The notes under the pieces are model-generated. The model worked only from the letters and a program-made list of their open reading frames with translations. It was not told the origin of the DNA and did not search any database. This document shows, piece by piece, positions 59,202 through 64,000 of a stretch of DNA of 64,000 bases (position 1 is the stretch's first letter; every line of letters starts with the position of its first letter). The stretch comes from Felis catus (taxonomy: Eukaryota). The DNA lies in the NCBI RefSeq assembly GCF_018350175.1, contig NC_058368.1, forward strand, positions 29,452,001-29,516,000, in the 5' to 3' direction. The translations under genes and the position numbers were made by a program.

Positions 59202-60164
59202 TTTTGTAAAATTTTTATAGGTCATAAGAGATTGGCTTTCAAATTTGTATATATGATATACATTCAATATGAAGTGATAAGCTAATATTTTTATCTCAGA
59301 ATTTTAGTATTAAAGTGTTAATTTACTTTTGTATTTTGGCATATCCAGATTCTTTAAAATATTTAAAGCATTTTATGGTACAACTTTAAAATGACAAAAG
59401 GGAGGTCATAGAGCTTGGCTTATTTGAGACAATATAGTAGATGGAAGAACTAGGATTTGAATGTATATCTTCTGATGCTACATCCTATGTCCTTTTAGGA
59501 AAAAGTTTGTTTTCATTAAATTGCTATTTATTATTCCATGATTAAAATATTTGAGTTTACTTTTGCCTGTTCTACCTGGAATGTCCCTTCCCCCCTTACA
59601 TTATCTCTACTTTGGAAAAAGATAAGCTACCCCTAAAGAAATGACCCACATGTCACTTCCTTGTGAAGTTTCTCAAGTTCTCACAGGTATTTATCTCTTT
59701 CTCTCTATTCCCTTAACACTTCGTTAACTTATTTATTTACATTGTTTTATAGTTATCTGTTCATATGCTTTTTTCTTGCTCTAGGCAGTGAACTAGCTAC
59801 TTCTTCATTTTTGTATACCCAGTACCTAGCCTATAATAGATTACTTTTTGGAGGAATAAATGCATGCTTGATACTTCTTTTCTTCCGTTCTAGAAACAAA
59901 AAGCTGATTAAAGAACTACAATGTGACTCTTTTCTACAATATTCCTTTATGGTTTATTTGTAAAAACAATTTCATTATAAGGTTTCTTTCCTACTTTTGC
60001 TCTCCACTTGTTTTTTGCTTTTTATAGAAATCAAGTATTCTTAATGAAATTATTAGTGTTTGCAGCATATTAACAGTGGTGATTGTTTATTGGTTCACTC
60101 AGAACTGTAGCTGAGAATACCTTAGTTATCACTGATTGTTGAGCGTCAAAAATCTTTAACTTTT

Positions 60165-60342
60165 GGGGTGCCTGGGTGGCTCAGTAGGTTAAGCATCCAA
60201 CTTTTGGTTTCAGCTCAGGTCATGATCTCACACTTTGTGAGATCGAGCCCTGCATTGGGCTCTGTACTGACAGCAAGAAGCGTACTTGGAATTCTCTCTC
60301 TCCCTCCCTGTCTCTCTCAAAATAAATAAACATTTTTAAAAA
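60165..60342 (+). mobile_element. CanSINE
   Basis: Typical body; TSD aaaaatcttt. Confidence 0.88.
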
Positions 60343-60649
60343 ATCTTTTATTTTTGTCTTTATATTAATCTGGTGAAAATGTCTAGCTCTTCATTACAAT
60401 TTTCCTGATTTCTCCACTGAAAAGAATAATTCCCTTTACTACTACTTCTTTTCCCTATGTTATTTTCTGTTCTTGTCTCGAAGTGTTTTGTACTTCAGTG
60501 ATTTGGAGCCTCTAAATTAGCCTTATTATCAACAGAGCAAGATTCTTTGCAAGTAGGACTTTAGTTTAGATCTCTCTATTCTAGGAATGTTTTTAAAAAG
60601 TTCATGTATTAACAGTTTTTCCAGCTGAAAATTGATACAGGTTCCTATG

Positions 60650-60860
60650 TTATTTTTTATTTATTTTTGATTATTACTTTTTAAATGTTTATTGTTTTTG
60701 AGGGAGCACGTGCAAGCAGGGGGATAGGCAGACAGAGAGGGAGAGAAGATCTGAAACGGGCTCTGTGCTGACAGCAGAGAGTTTGATGAGGGGCTCAAAC
60801 TCATGAACCATGAGATTATGACCTGAGCTGAAGTTGGATACTTAACTGACTGAGCCACCC
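60650..60860 (-). mobile_element. CanSINE
   Basis: Typical body, slightly 5'-truncated. Confidence 0.87.
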
Positions 60861-60957
60861 CTCTATCTTATTTTTAAAAATCAAATTTAAATGATCAAGT
60901 AAAAAACATGAAGTCAAATCTTAGGATTCAGATCTGCTTTTTAAAGATTAAAGGAAA

Positions 60958-61179
60958 GGGGCGCCTGGGTGGCGCAGTCGGTTAAGCTTCCGACTTCAGC
61001 CAGGTCACGATCTTGCGGTCCATGAGTTCGAGCCCCGCGTTGGGCTATGGGCTGATGGCTCAGAGCCTGGAGCCTGTTTCCGATTCTGTGTCTCCCTCTC
61101 TCTCTGCCCCTCCCCTGTTCATGCTCTGTCTCTCTTTGTCCCAAAAATAAATAAATGTTGAAAAAAAAATTAAAAAAAA
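60958..61179 (+). mobile_element. Young felid SINE (SINEC_Fc1-like)
   Basis: GGGGCGCCTGGGTGGCGCAGTCGG head; perfect TSD taaagattaaaggaaa at 60942-60957 and 61180-61195. Confidence 0.93.
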
Positions 61180-61643
61180 TAAAGATTAAAGGAAAAATTA
61201 TAAAGTATATGAATTTCATTTTTTAAGGAGTTTCAGAAGAACCAATGAAGTAGTTCTTAATATTTATTAAAACCTGATTTAAAAAACAAAACAAAAAACA
61301 CCTGACAAAGGCTAGACATGTGGAGAATAGTTCATAGGGTTGTTGAGTAGGGCTTCCCATTATTGCATCATTTGCTGGTGGTATTTCTGTATTTGTGTTT
61401 TTCTGTGTTTGAATCAGAAAATACATGTATAGATGTCACTTTGAGCATAGCAAAGTGTAGCATACCACCAGTTGGTTCTGGCAGGTGAGGACATCATGTA
61501 AAATTCTGTGAAATGCTAAAGCAGACAAATGGAAACACTAATCTTTTATCATTTTAATGGAGAATTTCAGTAAGTCTTTTTTATTAACAAATGGCAATGT
61601 CCTTTGATCTTGTGGCCTAATTTTGACTCTCAACACAATGTAC

Positions 61644-61865
61644 TTTTTTCTTTTTTAATGTTTTTTTTAATTGTTTTTATTTACTTTAGAGAGAGAGAGA
61701 GGGAGCAAGTGGAGGAGGGGCAGAGAGAGAAAAGGAGACAGAGAATCCAAAGCAGGTTCTGTGCTGTCAGCGCAGAGCCCTATGTGGGGCTTTACTCACA
61801 AACTGTGAGATCATGACCTGAGCCAAAGTTGGACACTTAATCAACTGAGCCACCCAGGCGCTCCA
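61644..61865 (-). mobile_element. CanSINE
   Basis: Typical body. Confidence 0.88.
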
Positions 61866-62406
61866 ACACCGTATACTTTTAATATGCTTTTAAATTATGT
61901 TAATAAGGAACATATAGAAAAAAATTATGTAAGTCTTATTCTCAAGTAGCTTATAACCTTAAGAGATGGGACATAGTAAATAATTATGGGATAACATGGG
62001 AAAATAAAATTTGTGTTGACCCCTGCTATATCATAAGTATTATTGTGATTAGCATTTGTCTTAGCTGGCAGACTGTGATTGCCCATAGGGCAAGACTGGG
62101 TCTTAGTCACTGTCTGTTCCCTGTCCTTCTCCCTCACCCACCAGCATCTGGCAGATAGGTCCCTATGAGTGCTTGTTAAATAAATAAAAGAATATAGATA
62201 GTACTGATATGATTTCTGAAGGCCATCTAGAGTATAAGAAGAGACAATACAGGGAGAATGGTCTCTTCCTTGAAATGTTTATATTTGTAAAGAGAATGCT
62301 TTTTAAAATCCTAATAAACTTATTGTGGTTAAATTTCAGTTCACTTAAAGTCAAAATAAAAATTAAAGTGAAATAGAGGCCTTTAGGAATCTACATCTAG
62401 GTTATT

Positions 62407-62634
62407 TTTTTTTTTTTTAATTTTTCTTTTTCAACGTTTATTTATTTTTGGGACAGAGAGAGACAGAGCATGAACGGGGGAGGGGCAGAGAGAGAGGGAG
62501 ACACAGAATCGGAAACAGGCTCCAGGCTCTGAGCCATCAGCCCAGAGCCTGACGCGGGGCTCGAACTCAGGGACCGCGAGATCGTGACCTGGCTGAAGTC
62601 GGACGCTTAACCAACTGCGCCACCCAGGCGCCCC
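62407..62634 (-). mobile_element. Very young felid SINE (SINEC_Fc1-like)
   Basis: Perfect 17-bp TSD tctacatctaggttatt at 62390-62406 and 62635-62651. Confidence 0.94.
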
Positions 62635-63009
62635 TCTACATCTAGGTTATTAATCAGCTTTGCCTGAAAGAAACCTGCCTTTGGATTTAGCTGTATCTCT
62701 CCCCTGTCTACATTCCCATCTCATGTTTTTCCCTTTCCTTCTTCATAGGTACTTCCAAATTGTCTTAAAGATGCGACACCTCTCCCACAACTCTTACTCT
62801 CCTCTTGGAGTAGGAGAGGTCACATTTTCTGTGCCCAATTGTTGGGGGGTCAGAGATAGTGGGAGATAGACATGGAAGGAGAGTGGCAGAAGTTTCTACT
62901 CATGGTGTAAAATAGAAACTTGTATTGCCTGACATTTTTAATGTCCCACATTTTTAACTCAGAATATTTTGAGGGGAAACATAATTGTCCTCATTAAAAT
63001 CACTAATTA

Positions 63010-63596
63010 GATCAAGAAACAACAAGTGTTGGTGAGGATGTGGAGAAAAAGGAACTCTTGTTCACTGTTAGTGGGAATACAGATATACTGGTGCAGCCAC
63101 TTGGAAAACAGAGATTCCTCAAAAAGTTAAAAACAGAACTGCCTTCCTATCCAGTAGTCACACTACTGGGTATTTACCCCCCAAATACAGAAACACTAAT
63201 TCAGAGGGATACATGTACCCCTATGTTTATTGCAGCATTATTTACAATAGCCATATTATGGAAGCAGCCAAAGTGTTTATTAATAAACAAATGGATAAAG
63301 TAGATGTGGTGTGTACGTAGATAGATACAATGGAATATTATTCAGCTATAAAAATGAATGAAATCTTGCCATTTGCAACAACATGGAGCTAAAGAGTATA
63401 AATGCTAAGTGAAATAAGTGAGTCAGAGAATGACAAATAGCATATTATTTCACTCATATGTAGAATTTAAGAAACAAAACCGCAAACAAGGGGAAAAAAA
63501 GGAAACAAACCAAAACAGACTCCGTAAAGTAAAACTGATGGTTACCAAAGGGGAGGTAGGTGGGCTGATGAATGAAATAGAAAGGGAAAAAAAAAG
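63010..63596 (+). mobile_element. L1 3' fragment (carnivore-age)
   Basis: ORF 63040..63303 (RFLKKLKTELP..LLGIYP..TPMFIAALFTIA..WKQPKC). Confidence 0.85.
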
Positions 63597-64000
63597 GTAA
63601 CTAGATTAGAATCCCCATGAAAGTAGAAGTTTTGGTCTGTTTTGTTCACTGCTGTTACTTGTTTAACACAGAACAGAGCCTTGAGATATTGTAGGTGCTA
63701 AGTGGATATTTGTTGAATGCATAAATAGGTAGATGAGTGTGAGCTGAATTGAGACATGTGCTCAAACTCTCCGAACAGCTGGAGCGTTCATTTGGCAGAT
63801 ATTTATCATGAAGCATCTGTGTTAGATGGGGGAGTATGGTGGTGACCCTGACCATGTCCCTGCCCTTATTTGGTTGGCTCTCTCAATCCTTGTATCTTTA
63901 TGTAAATAAAGTGAGGTGGATATTACTGATATGAAGATTTAATGACAGATACAGTGAAGTACTTAGCATAGGGCCTGGCACACATAAATGGTTTATCTAT

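Noticed and set aside
20497..61816. Recurrent ORFs of the MAQSVK../SPASGSVLTA.. type that look like a gene family
   Set aside because: All are reading frames through CanSINE copies.
1083..62634. SINE heads as additional tRNA genes
   Set aside because: They have tRNA-derived A/B boxes but no full cloverleaf, and are followed by a CT tract, A-tail and TSDs.
20515..62634. SINE strand bias in ELF1 introns (about 20 antisense vs 11 sense)
   Set aside because: Small counts, and the opposite trend relative to transcription in WBP4; not convincing.
43408..64000. ELF1 coding exons
   Set aside because: No MAAVVQ-like start or ETS-domain sequence found; the coding region must lie beyond the window.
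1..64000. CRISPR arrays, operons or other prokaryotic systems
   Set aside because: The sequence is mammalian; no regularly spaced repeat-spacer arrays were seen.

Overview
Mammalian genomic DNA, almost certainly a felid: it carries about 37 CanSINE/SINEC_Fc-type SINEs and a young felid-type L1. The left part holds exons 1-8 of WBP4 (FBP21, a spliceosomal matrin-zinc-finger/tandem-WW protein) on the minus strand. These exons join into 249 in-frame codons and the 3' exons lie outside the window. WBP4 lies head-to-head in a CpG island (~16.4-18.6 kb) with a non-coding first exon I assign to ELF1 on the plus strand. An intact tRNA-Glu(TTC) gene with a T22 terminator starts 30 bp into that ELF1 intron. 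A second ELF1 promoter/first exon is recognisable at ~43.2-43.4 kb. No ELF1 coding exon is in the window, so the ELF1 call rests on recalled synteny and a recalled 5'UTR. The rest is intron, dense in SINEs, L1, L2, MIR, MaLR and DNA transposons. The main observations are: (1) the WBP4 start codon is split by intron 1 (AT|G), so retention gives AUG-UGA and exon 2 skipping removes the AUG; (2) the two WW domains are split by matching introns, so skipping exons 6+7 would give an in-frame single hybrid WW; (3) the tRNA overlaps the ELF1 splice-donor region; (4) a four-layer transposon nest (L1ME > Charlie1a > SINE > young L1 with a perfect 15-bp TSD); (5) an apparent 37-bp L1 TSD. No prokaryote-type system (CRISPR etc.) is present. 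Repeat family names and many repeat boundaries come from recalled consensus similarity and are approximate.
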